Source of the DNA: Candidatus Woesebacteria bacterium GW2011_GWB1_39_10
GTDB taxonomy: Bacteria > Patescibacteriota > Microgenomatia > UBA8517
Reading direction: 5' to 3'
DNA length: 64,000 bases
NCBI GenBank assembly: GCA_000993205.1
Contig: LBVU01000004.1
Location: 208,030-272,029, forward strand
Below, in pieces: positions 20,532-29,704 of the stretch. The notes beneath the pieces were generated by a model, which was not told the origin of the DNA, did no database searches, and saw only the letters and a list, made by a program, of their open reading frames with translations. A program made the translations under genes and the position numbers. The first letter of the stretch is position 1. Each line of letters starts with the position of its first letter.

Positions 20532-23500
20532 TTACTTAGACTTTTCCGGCCAATTATTTTTCAGCCATACCGGTGGGACGTAGATCCCTAGTTGTCCAAA
20601 TGAAAAAGTTGTAACCCTCTTTTGGCGGGGAATTACAAATTCTATCAAAGGGTCATTTGCGCTTCCTGAATGACCAACTTTGTGAAATTTAAGTAAATAC
20701 CTAAATCCGGTATCTTCATTAAAAGGAACATCGAACGAGATATTAAAAGGACTGGAATTCTTGGTTATTTCCTTCAACAAACCAACAGCCCGATCTTTTT
20801 CTCTTAAACTCAGGGAAACATCTCTTAATAGAGGAAGTGAGCAAACTCCAAAATAAAGCATTATTAAAATTAACGCAAAAAGCCCGAAACGCTTCAAATT
20901 TTTAAGTAGAATACTTATCAAAACAAGAAACGGAACAAGCAAATAATTAAAATAATATTCCGACGGGCTTTTTATTAATATGTAAAACAAAGGAAGACTC
21001 GCTACCCAGACACTACCCAGACCAAATAAAACTCTTCTCTGAACAATATCTTTGATTCTCGTAGCCGTTACAAAAAGACCGACAGAAACAAATAAATAAA
21101 TTGTAATTGCCAGTAATACTGAAGGCGAACCACCCACCATAAAAGAAGAAACTCTTTCCCAGACCATCAGCACTCTACCAACCCCTTCTCCCACACTTTT
21201 GGTAAATCCTGCTATCAAATTTAAATTTAAAAAATTATGCCTTAAATCAAAAAACAGAATCGGCACGAAAGGTATGACTGATCCCAAAATAAGAAGGATG
21301 AAATGTTTATACTTTTTACACTTGAATATGTCTATTAGCAATGGGGCGAACATGGGGGCAATAAACAAAAATTGAAGATGGGAACTCAATCCCATTCCAA
21401 ATATTATTCCAGCCAAGAAAATATATTTTGCTTTTATTTTTTTAAGATAAAGATAAATTAAATAAATCAAAGAGATAAATAAAAGAGGAACCACTACCGG
21501 ATTCCAAGCAATGGTGTCGACTGAAACGCTTAGTGGATTTACCGCCCAAAGAGCAAGGAAAATTAAAGCCATCTTTTTATCAAAAACTCGGGATAGAACC
21601 AGATAGCTCACTCCGAAAAATAAAGTCGACCAGAAAATTATAAATACGTTAGTAGCTATTGGATTCAAACCAGTCAAAAGATAAAAAGGTGTAAGGATAT
21701 AAAAGAAATATGGGGGTAGAAAAAACCCACTTGGCCCCTGAACCCTTGGACCCAAGAGAGTCAATTTCCCAGCAAGAATATTTGACACTGTTACAGCGTC
21801 TCTTTCCTGATCCCAACCAAATCCAAGTCGCCCGGGCAGATTGTAGCTTCTAAAAAAAATATATAATGTAAATACTGTTATTGCTAATAAGAAGGATATC
21901 AATTTCTTCCTGTTTTTATTTATTCCGGTTAAATAAATTATCAAAATAATTAACCAAATTAAGAAAAAGGTTAATGCTAAATAATTGAAAATTTTTTCAA
22001 TTCTACTTTGCCCTACTTTCCAAGATACTAGATTCTCCCCATTTCTGGTTTTGTCTGTATTAAAACAAACTAACCCACCGCAATCTGTATAATCTGTACT
22101 CTTACCATTTAATGAAACTGTGTGTATGTCCGAAAAATATCCTAAACCAATAATAATTTTGTTTCCCTTAATTTTATTTTTATCAATGAGGAACTTTACC
22201 GACCCGAAAGTGTTATCCCTCTCTACAATCCTGGAACTGAGATCTTCATTATTGTTGGTAGAAATGACCGGGGTAGAAAACCAGCAAGCTTTGACCGCAT
22301 TCGGACTTATAACATCATCCCCTAAGGTGGTTGTTGAATACCTATGCTGATGAAGTTTCTCAAAATCATCGTATTTGTAAAGATCCTCTACAGAAATAGG
22401 TTGGGGTAACATAAAATTTCTTGTACCAATAACCGTTAAAAAACTGACACCGATAAAAATAATTAAATAGACATATTTGGATTTGATTTTTGCTAACATA
22501 AATGAAAAAAGAGAACTTGTTGTAAAAATACCTACCCCAAGGAGCCTCCACGAGAATTGAATTTCCTGAAGCGGTCTAATCTTTTCCCAAAGGGGAATAG
22601 ATATTGGAAGTATTAAATAAATTGTAAAAAGCGAGCCAAGAAAGAAAAAAATGATCCAAACATTACCTTCAATAAAATCCCAAAATTTCGATTTGTTTCT
22701 AATAAAAAAGTAGACCTGACATACAAAAAAGATGCCAGCAATGCCAATTATTAACCACTGCGCATACCCAAGCATAAAACTCATTCCATCATTCACAGTT
22801 CCCAAAGATGAATAAAAATATTCCCAATTAGATTTGAGAAGTTGTCCAAATGTCGGAAAATGTTCACGCCACTGAATAAAATTTAAACCAATCTGAGTGA
22901 ATTTTTGCTCCGTCAAGGCCGGACCAATAAAAAAAGATCCCATTCCAAAAGAGGCCAAAAAAGAAAATGCAATCCAGATAACTTTTTGTAAATTAAATTT
23001 GTGGAGCCGGAGTTTAATAATTAAATAGACAAGGATGATCGGCATTAAAAACATTGCCGCAAAATTGTGAGATATAGTAAGAACCGCCCCCATCAAACTC
23101 GCCAAAAACGCATATACCATAAACCTTTTGCCGTTTGAGTTAAAACACAAAGCATAAAAAAATAAAACGATTGGCAACACTGCATAAGCCAGATATTCAG
23201 GACTACCCCTTACAAAAATTAAGGAAAACCTATATGGCGCGTATAAATATGTGAGAGCTCCGCCAATGGCTGCCAGTTCCTTATTTGTTTCTTCTTTGAT
23301 CCAGAAATAAAAAAATAATGTGCCCAAAAGGAGTGATAGGAAATTAATTATTTTGAGTGTAAAAATTACATCTTTTGTAAACGGGTAAACAGCAACGGAA
23401 AGATAATAAATTAACGGATAGAAAAAATTATAAATCGGCGCGCCGCAGAAATAATTGAGACTTCCGGCCCACCTTAAAGGAAATTGACCTTCTTTAGCAG

Positions 23501-23645
23501 TTTGAATTACGTCAAAAATACGGGCGATGTGATGATCCCCGTCGTGAGTACTGAAAACATTATATTTAAAAATACCTTTCCCTGCCCAAATAACAGCGCC
23601 AACTAATAATGCAAAAATCAGTATTTGTATAAATTTTTTTTTCAT
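20532..23645 (-). CDS. 1037-aa fusion of two GT-C membrane glycosyltransferase-like modules (N-terminal PTPS-related/YfhO-like, C-terminal ArnT/GT39-like)
   Basis: The N-terminal THDGDHHIARIFDVIQTAKEGQFPLRW..GAPIYNFFYPLIYYLS resembles the triplet family. The C-terminal half carries GFGWDQERDAVTVSNIL, resembling the WFDQGRDALVIW motif of 23642..25150. An A9 tract follows the ATG. Confidence 0.5.
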   Translation of the reverse strand: MKKKFIQILIFALLVGAVIWAGKGIFKYNVFSTHDGDHHIARIFDVIQTAKEGQFPLRWAGSLNYFCGAPIYNFFYPLIYYLSVAVYPFTKDVIFTLKIINFLSLLLGTLFFYFWIKEETNKELAAIGGALTYLYAPYRFSLIFVRGSPEYLAYAVLPIVLFFYALCFNSNGKRFMVYAFLASLMGAVLTISHNFAAMFLMPIILVYLIIKLRLHKFNLQKVIWIAFSFLASFGMGSFFIGPALTEQKFTQIGLNFIQWREHFPTFGQLLKSNWEYFYSSLGTVNDGMSFMLGYAQWLIIGIAGIFFVCQVYFFIRNKSKFWDFIEGNVWIIFFFLGSLFTIYLILPISIPLWEKIRPLQEIQFSWRLLGVGIFTTSSLFSFMLAKIKSKYVYLIIFIGVSFLTVIGTRNFMLPQPISVEDLYKYDDFEKLHQHRYSTTTLGDDVISPNAVKACWFSTPVISTNNNEDLSSRIVERDNTFGSVKFLIDKNKIKGNKIIIGLGYFSDIHTVSLNGKSTDYTDCGGLVCFNTDKTRNGENLVSWKVGQSRIEKIFNYLALTFFLIWLIILIIYLTGINKNRKKLISFLLAITVFTLYIFFRSYNLPGRLGFGWDQERDAVTVSNILAGKLTLLGPRVQGPSGFFLPPYFFYILTPFYLLTGLNPIATNVFIIFWSTLFFGVSYLVLSRVFDKKMALIFLALWAVNPLSVSVDTIAWNPVVVPLLFISLIYLIYLYLKKIKAKYIFLAGIIFGMGLSSHLQFLFIAPMFAPLLIDIFKCKKYKHFILLILGSVIPFVPILFFDLRHNFLNLNLIAGFTKSVGEGVGRVLMVWERVSSFMVGGSPSVLLAITIYLFVSVGLFVTATRIKDIVQRRVLFGLGSVWVASLPLFYILIKSPSEYYFNYLLVPFLVLISILLKNLKRFGLFALILIMLYFGVCSLPLLRDVSLSLREKDRAVGLLKEITKNSSPFNISFDVPFNEDTGFRYLLKFHKVGHSGSANDPLIEFVIPRQKRVTTFSFGQLGIYVPPVWLKNNWPEKSK

Positions 23646-25150
23646 ATTCCAGATATCCTATCTCTTTCCTGAACCACAATACCGCCGAATCTTTGCTCTT
23701 TTACAACCCTGCCAATACTCTTTTGTCTGTCCAACCAAGCCGTAAGTCGCTCGGGATGAGCCGAATCAACCTCGTACAAAGTATATAGTAAAGGTGTTTG
23801 ATTTTCAGTAAATTGGCCACTTGCCCCGCGAAGCCTTGGCGTAGTGGGGAGCCATTTGAATAAATAGTCATATGCATAGGGTATGACGGGCGGCACGTAT
23901 ACATCAATATTAAAGTTTCTATCGTCGGCGTTGTTATAAACCCACTCTATTACCTTTTCCTGATCACTCAAAATTATTACACTATTAATATTGGTAGATC
24001 TTTCTGTTAATCTTGGTAAGAGAATTGAAAGATTTGCATTTAAAAATAAATAAATAAAATACAATACGAAAATCTTTCCTGCTGTAAATTTCCATATATC
24101 CCCCAAAACTATTGCGAACAATAAAATAAATATCAAATAATATCCGGTAAAATAATAATCATATAAAACGGCATTATTGCCCTGATAAAAATATAGTCCG
24201 ATAATCGGAGAGATTAGAATTAAAATCAGAAGCGAAATTTTTTTGTTTTTTAAATATTTTGGGGTGGAAACCAAAAACCATGTAGCGATTATGCCCAACA
24301 TAATTTTTTCTCTTCCCCCTCTGGAATCAAATATTTTTTTTGTAAAAACATCATAATAAAAAATAGTCCTTTCTACTAAAAACTTTTTTGTCGGAACGGT
24401 AAAACTCTTCTCGGATACAAATGATTGATAAATATTCGTCCTTAAAATTCTACTGTGTTTAAAATCAAAAATTACCAAAGGAGCAAAAGTGATAATAAAC
24501 AGCAATATTGATAATAATAAATTTTTTAAATCCGGCCAATTTTTCTTTTGCCAGATGGCAAAAAATAATAATACAGGGGAATAAAACAACTCTCCGGATG
24601 AACCAAAATTAAATAGCGACAAACCAAAACAAAAAGAGATAATTGGCCAACCCCATTTTTTTCCCTCTATAACTTTAAACATTCCAAGGATCATCACAAG
24701 CGACAAAAGCATCATTGGCGTGGGATTAGACAGCCATCGAGATGCATCGACAATGTAAAATGAGAATGCCGCAATTGTGGTTGCCAAAAGTCCGGTTGAT
24801 TTTCCTTGAATTTTGTAACCCAAATAGTAAATTACTCCCAGAGCGGCAATCGTCGTAAATATCAGAAAAATCGAAGGATAAACTGGATTCCCGCGTCCTA
24901 TCCAGTAAAATGGAGTAATCAACCAATAATACCAGGGACCTCTAAAAATTCCGGCAAGGCCTGTTGTCGGCCCTATTAAAAAAAATTTTCCGTTATGTAA
25001 AAGATCCCAAATTACTAACGCATCACGCCCCTGATCGAACCAAAAGCCTAAAAGTTCGTTTATCCTATATAATCGGAGAAATGCGCCTAATCCCAAAATT
25101 AAAACTAGAAGATAGTTGAATACCAATGAAGATTTAATCTTTTTTCGCAT
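23642..25150 (-). CDS. ArnT/PMT-type (GT39-like) GT-C membrane glycosyltransferase
   Basis: WFDQGRDALVIWDLL motif after TM1, with 11 or more TM helices. Confidence 0.55.
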   Translation of the reverse strand: MRKKIKSSLVFNYLLVLILGLGAFLRLYRINELLGFWFDQGRDALVIWDLLHNGKFFLIGPTTGLAGIFRGPWYYWLITPFYWIGRGNPVYPSIFLIFTTIAALGVIYYLGYKIQGKSTGLLATTIAAFSFYIVDASRWLSNPTPMMLLSLVMILGMFKVIEGKKWGWPIISFCFGLSLFNFGSSGELFYSPVLLFFAIWQKKNWPDLKNLLLSILLFIITFAPLVIFDFKHSRILRTNIYQSFVSEKSFTVPTKKFLVERTIFYYDVFTKKIFDSRGGREKIMLGIIATWFLVSTPKYLKNKKISLLILILISPIIGLYFYQGNNAVLYDYYFTGYYLIFILLFAIVLGDIWKFTAGKIFVLYFIYLFLNANLSILLPRLTERSTNINSVIILSDQEKVIEWVYNNADDRNFNIDVYVPPVIPYAYDYLFKWLPTTPRLRGASGQFTENQTPLLYTLYEVDSAHPERLTAWLDRQKSIGRVVKEQRFGGIVVQERDRISGI

Positions 25151-26120
25151 ATTTTCTGGCAGTCTCCAAAACTTTAATTACAGCCTGGTCATATGGCATA
25201 TAAAGACGTGCAGCCGACGCTGACTTGTGTCCCCCTCCGCCTAATTTCTCTGCGATTTTCGAAACATCGAAATCATTTCTCGACCTAAAACTAACTGAGC
25301 AGAAGTTATCGAACTGTTCGAGAACAAAACCGAAATCCGTATTTTCAATGGATTGGATAAACGATCCTGCTATATAACTTTTTGCATCCCTGCTTCCGGG
25401 ATAATTTTTTGTGAGATCTTTAGGAACAGCCACCCAAGCGAACCTTGCGTCTTCCTCAACGACAACTTTAGTTAACATTTCTCCCATCAAATGTATTTCA
25501 TCAATAGGACGCGACATGTAAAGATTAAAAAGAATGTTCCTTCTGTCTGCTCCATTTTTGACGAGAGTGTCTGCCATTGAAAATGCCGATTCTCCGATAA
25601 TGTCTGTCTGAAAAGACATTGTGTCCGCGATTATACCCGTCAATAGTGATGTGGCAAGATCTGTAGTTAATTCCAGTTTCCAATCCGAAAATATTTTAAA
25701 CAAAAGAGCGCAACACGAACCGGTTTTTTCATCGACCAGATTAATATCGCCTTCCTTTGTGTTTGTATAATGGTGATCTATCACCACTTTTCGTATTTTG
25801 GAAGACAAAATGTTGTCTTTTCCGGTTGTCTGGTTCCAATTGCCGGAATCGACTATCACAAAAGTGTCATATTGAGAAAAATCAAAATCGTCAAAATTTA
25901 CTACTTTTATTGATTTCGAATTTGGTAAAAATTTACAATTATCGGGAATCTCGTCGGGAGAAATAATAGTGACATCGTCTTTTCCCAGCTCTTTCAATGC
26001 AAGGGACATTGAGGTTGCGCTACCAATACTGTCCGGATCGGGACTTCTATGACAATTAACCAAAATTTTGTTGGCTTTTTTAATTTCCTCTAAAATATTT
26101 TTACTTTCTTTGTAATTCAT
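25134..26120 (-). CDS. nrnA: DHH-family phosphoesterase (NrnA-like oligoribonuclease/pAp phosphatase)
   Basis: DHH motif VVIDHHYTN and DHHA1 GGGGHKSASAA. Confidence 0.7.
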   Translation of the reverse strand: MNYKESKNILEEIKKANKILVNCHRSPDPDSIGSATSMSLALKELGKDDVTIISPDEIPDNCKFLPNSKSIKVVNFDDFDFSQYDTFVIVDSGNWNQTTGKDNILSSKIRKVVIDHHYTNTKEGDINLVDEKTGSCCALLFKIFSDWKLELTTDLATSLLTGIIADTMSFQTDIIGESAFSMADTLVKNGADRRNILFNLYMSRPIDEIHLMGEMLTKVVVEEDARFAWVAVPKDLTKNYPGSRDAKSYIAGSFIQSIENTDFGFVLEQFDNFCSVSFRSRNDFDVSKIAEKLGGGGHKSASAARLYMPYDQAVIKVLETARKYAKKD

Positions 26121-27736
26121 TCTACGTTTACGTGACCAAGTTTATAAAGCGTTCCCCCCCAGACCTCCCATCTATCCACTATTTTAGTCCATCCGAACCT
26201 GGTAATCCAGGCGGAAGGACTATGTGTCGGATCGCACTTAGATTCTTCAAACTCACAGACAACAAAGAGCTGATCTGTTTGTGTAAATTCGGAGGTAGAA
26301 GGGTCGGTGTCGACCACATTGGCCCCCCAAATAATCAAAAAGTAGAGATAAACACTTCGATCGTCAAAATCTGATATCGCAGCTAAATTAAATTTGGCCC
26401 CACCCGCCTTCTCCTGTATAACTTTTGCCACAGATATCGCCCTAGGCATTTGATATGTAGGGTGTACAAACGGAGGATCGTTTTGAAAACTAACAAAGAC
26501 AATAAAACCAATAGTCAAAGAAAGCAGTACTTTAGCTATCAAGTTTTTATTATTTAAAATTTTTTGAGCAAAAGTTCCTAATAATAAAAACGGCGCCGGA
26601 AACAAAAAACCAAGGTAATGATCATAAATCTGACCTTTATAATAGGCTGTTCCAATAAGACCTACTGTAATCCATAAAGATAAAAGGCCGTAAGCGTCTG
26701 TAAAAAGGTGTTTTTTATAAATCCAGACTAAAAATATTATTGAGACCAATACCGCCAAAATTCCCAAATACATATTTTTGCCCATGGGCAAATTTGTAAA
26801 AACCATAAGAGTTGTTGCGCCAATTTTTGATAAATAGGCTAAAAGCGGGAGGCCAACATCACGACTGGAAGTAAAAAATATTTTTATTGCATTATAATTT
26901 TGCCAATTATGACGGATATCAAAGATGAGAAGTGGTGACATTAGCAGAGCGAAGAGCGAAAAAGCTAAGAATGAAGAGCGGACAAATATCGCTTTAACAA
27001 GTTTGTCATTTTTAATTTTGAATAACGTTAATAACCAAAAAACAAAAAGAGTTGGGGCAAGGAAAAGACCTAGATAGTGCGACTGGAGAACAAAGGCGTA
27101 GGAAATCCCCAATGTTATCAGCCAACCTCCCACTCCGCGCGAGGCTCCGCGGGATTCGTATACTTTCCATATGGAATATATAGAAAGTAACGAAAAAAAG
27201 GGCATTATATTTGGATTCCAAGAAGATCTTGAAAATGTTATTACAGTCGGTGAAATTGCATAAAGCCCAGCTGCCACCAACGCACCTACGTTCAGAGAGA
27301 CTTGAATGCCTCCTGTAGTTTTAACCGGAAACCACTCCCGCGTGATAAACCAAACAAAAAAAACTGTTACAACGCCTAATAGCGCAATTTGAACTGCCGG
27401 TCCAACCGGTGAAAAGTTGGCAAGAAGTAAAGCCGGGGCCATCATATAGTAATAAAGCGGCCCCAAATACATATTTCCAACCGATGTGCCAGGTCCAATT
27501 AGAGGTGGGTGCAGCTCGGTGATAAATCTTCTAACTATAAGCACGTCCCGCCCTTCATCACTAAGAAACGTCATATAATCAGAAATTCTATACAATCTCA
27601 TGAATGCACCGACTAATAGAATTAATAATAAAATCAAAAATTCTTTTTTATTCAACAAAATCCACGATCGAATTTTAGAAACTGTTGACTGTTGACTGTT
27701 GACTGTTGACTGTTCGATCATTTGAGTTTTCTCCAA
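26117..27736 (-). CDS. ArnT/PMT-type (GT39-like) GT-C membrane glycosyltransferase; likely ATG start at 27721 followed immediately by a heptanucleotide repeat
   Basis: FLSDEGRDVLIVRRF motif with multiple TM helices. The ORF-track start at 27736 is a TTG codon. Confidence 0.55.
   Translation of the reverse strand: MEKTQMIEQSTVNSQQSTVSKIRSWILLNKKEFLILLLILLVGAFMRLYRISDYMTFLSDEGRDVLIVRRFITELHPPLIGPGTSVGNMYLGPLYYYMMAPALLLANFSPVGPAVQIALLGVVTVFFVWFITREWFPVKTTGGIQVSLNVGALVAAGLYAISPTVITFSRSSWNPNIMPFFSLLSIYSIWKVYESRGASRGVGGWLITLGISYAFVLQSHYLGLFLAPTLFVFWLLTLFKIKNDKLVKAIFVRSSFLAFSLFALLMSPLLIFDIRHNWQNYNAIKIFFTSSRDVGLPLLAYLSKIGATTLMVFTNLPMGKNMYLGILAVLVSIIFLVWIYKKHLFTDAYGLLSLWITVGLIGTAYYKGQIYDHYLGFLFPAPFLLLGTFAQKILNNKNLIAKVLLSLTIGFIVFVSFQNDPPFVHPTYQMPRAISVAKVIQEKAGGAKFNLAAISDFDDRSVYLYFLIIWGANVVDTDPSTSEFTQTDQLFVVCEFEESKCDPTHSPSAWITRFGWTKIVDRWEVWGGTLYKLGHVNVE
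27681..27715. repeat. heptanucleotide tandem repeat (ACTGTTG)x4 plus an imperfect fifth unit, i.e. (CAGTCAA)n on the coding strand, at codons 4-13 of gene 26117..27736
   Basis: Read directly: actgttgactgttgactgttgactgttgactgttc. Confidence 0.9.
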
Positions 27737-28428
27737 AGTCTAAAAAGATCTGTAAAACTTTTGATTATAACATCTATATTTCTTCCGGTTCCCTCTCCTT
27801 TAGTTCTCGGATAATGGGTGACAGGAATTTCCTCAATTTTAAATCCCGCTTTTTTGGCCTTGATCAGAAGTTCGCTGGAAATAAAAGCCCCGCGTTCACT
27901 TTCCAATTTTGAAATTTTGTCTAACACTTTTTTGGAAATCAATTTAAAACCACAATCAATATCGCGTACCGTAAGACCAAATAACAAATAAACCAAAAGC
28001 TCCCACAGTCTACTGGTAATTTTTTTTCCAAAATTTACTTTTCGTGATGTGTAATAACCTATGACTAGGTCTGCATTCGTGTTTTTCTGTTTTTCGATAA
28101 AATTTACGATTTCGGTAAAATCAAACTGACCATCAGAGTCAGTAAACGCAATCCATGAGAATCTTGAATTATAAAAACCGGATGCGAGTGCCGCCCCATA
28201 TCCTCTATTTTTTTCATTATCTATCAGTCGTACATTTTTATCGGATTTTGAAAATTCGAGAGCAACTTCCCGAGTTGAATCGGTTGAGCCGTCATTAACT
28301 ATCAGAAGTTCCCATTTTTCGGAGACAGATTTGAGTACTTCTGTTGTTTTAACAATAACCGGCCTTATATTTGATTCTTCATTGTAAGTTGGTAGAAAAA
28401 CCGATATTTCCTGAATTAGTTTAGCCAC
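27718..28428 (-). CDS. polyprenol-phosphate glycosyltransferase (GT2, Dpm1-like)
   Basis: SVFLPTYNEESNI..LIVNDGSTDST..FTDSDGQ. Confidence 0.7.
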   Translation of the reverse strand: MAKLIQEISVFLPTYNEESNIRPVIVKTTEVLKSVSEKWELLIVNDGSTDSTREVALEFSKSDKNVRLIDNEKNRGYGAALASGFYNSRFSWIAFTDSDGQFDFTEIVNFIEKQKNTNADLVIGYYTSRKVNFGKKITSRLWELLVYLLFGLTVRDIDCGFKLISKKVLDKISKLESERGAFISSELLIKAKKAGFKIEEIPVTHYPRTKGEGTGRNIDVIIKSFTDLFRLWRKLK

Positions 28429-28437
28429 ATAAGTAGT

Positions 28438-28500
28438 CTATATCAGATTCAAGAAAACTGCGAGCTACAGCTCGCATGTGAATTAAACCTGATATATCCT
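28438..28500. promoter_or_regulatory. nested palindrome in divergent promoter region: TATATCAG..GCGAGCTACAGCTCGC..CTGATATA
   Basis: Perfect 7+2+7 palindrome at 28460-28475, flanked by an 8-bp inverted repeat. It lies between divergently transcribed 27718..28428(-) and 28537..29697(+). Confidence 0.4.
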
Positions 28501-28536
28501 GGCATATACCACTGCCTGCGTGTTAATATTTAATGT

Positions 28537-29697
28537 ATGCATAAAAAATTCAAAAACTTGACTTTGATCTTGGTTTTTTCTCTCGTTCCAACTTTACTTA
28601 TCTGGCTTCCGTTCATATTCCGGGTAAATTCGTTCTGGAAAATTCCGCTTCCGCAAAACGGTTTGGCAACAATCGTCGCAAACTACGATGGTCCGCTATA
28701 TATGGTTGCAGCCAAAACTTTATATAACAAGACTGATATCCAATCTAACTTTCAGTTTCCCCTTCCAACAGAATATTACTCCGCACATTTTCCTCTCTTT
28801 CCGGTGTTAATTCGCTTGATTGGAACTGTGACAAACTACCCTTACGCTATGCTGATTGTAACCCTTTTGTCCGGAATCCTGGCAACTTTCTTTTTCTTTA
28901 AATTGGTTAGTCTTTATACGGATGAAAAAAGCGCGCTTTTTCTTACATTCTTATTTTCATTTTTTCCCGCCCGTTGGTTAATTGTAAAGTCGGTTGGTTC
29001 CGCCGACCCTCTGTTTATTGGAAGTATCATCGCATCCCTTTATTACTTTAAAAATAAAAAATATTTACTTGCCGGTGTTTGGGGGGCAATAGCGCAACTA
29101 ACCAAATCACCAGGAATCTTATTGTTCGCCTCTTACTTTGTATTTCTTTTATTTCCTTTTATACGAAATCAAATTAATGTAACCGGAAATAGACTTATTG
29201 AAAAACTGAATTTTAAAAAAACATATCCACTTCTCCTAATTCCATTGTCGTTAATTCTTGTTTTTATATTTTACGCATTTGCAACGGGGGACTTTTGGGC
29301 ATACTTCCATTCCGGAGACAATATTCATCTTATTTTTCCTCCTTTTTCTATATTTAATTATTCGGCACCGTGGGTGGGAACTAGCTGGTTGGAAGAAATA
29401 ATCTTTATTTACTTATTTGGAGCTATTGGAGTTTATAAACTTTTTGAAAAGAAAGAATATGAATTCGGAACGTTTGTCGGGATTTTCTACATTCTGAGCC
29501 TCTTTATAGCCCACAGAGATTTAATGAGATATTTTTTGCCCGTAATTCCTTTTCTTTTTGTAGCATTTTCTGACATTTTAATTAAAGGGGAATTTAAAAT
29601 TGCATTTGCAATAATAATAGTTCCTATATATCTTTTCTCGCTGGCCTTCCTAAGCCAAAACGTGATGCCCATCAGCAATTGGGGGCCATTTTTGTAG
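28537..29697 (+). CDS. polytopic membrane protein, possible GT-C-type glycosyltransferase
   Basis: 386 aa with about 11 TM helices and no soluble domains. Confidence 0.35.
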   Translation: MHKKFKNLTLILVFSLVPTLLIWLPFIFRVNSFWKIPLPQNGLATIVANYDGPLYMVAAKTLYNKTDIQSNFQFPLPTEYYSAHFPLFPVLIRLIGTVTNYPYAMLIVTLLSGILATFFFFKLVSLYTDEKSALFLTFLFSFFPARWLIVKSVGSADPLFIGSIIASLYYFKNKKYLLAGVWGAIAQLTKSPGILLFASYFVFLLFPFIRNQINVTGNRLIEKLNFKKTYPLLLIPLSLILVFIFYAFATGDFWAYFHSGDNIHLIFPPFSIFNYSAPWVGTSWLEEIIFIYLFGAIGVYKLFEKKEYEFGTFVGIFYILSLFIAHRDLMRYFLPVIPFLFVAFSDILIKGEFKIAFAIIIVPIYLFSLAFLSQNVMPISNWGPFL

Positions 29698-29704
29698 TTG
29701 AAAT

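Noticed and set aside
23634-23645. A9 homopolymer directly after the ATG of the 1037-aa GT-C fusion (MKKK) and T10 inside the VanZ-like gene (42285-42294) as phase-variation tracts
   Set aside because: Lys-codon A-runs are expected in a 35% GC genome and poly-A tracts slip less than G/C tracts. Without population data this is not distinguishable from background.
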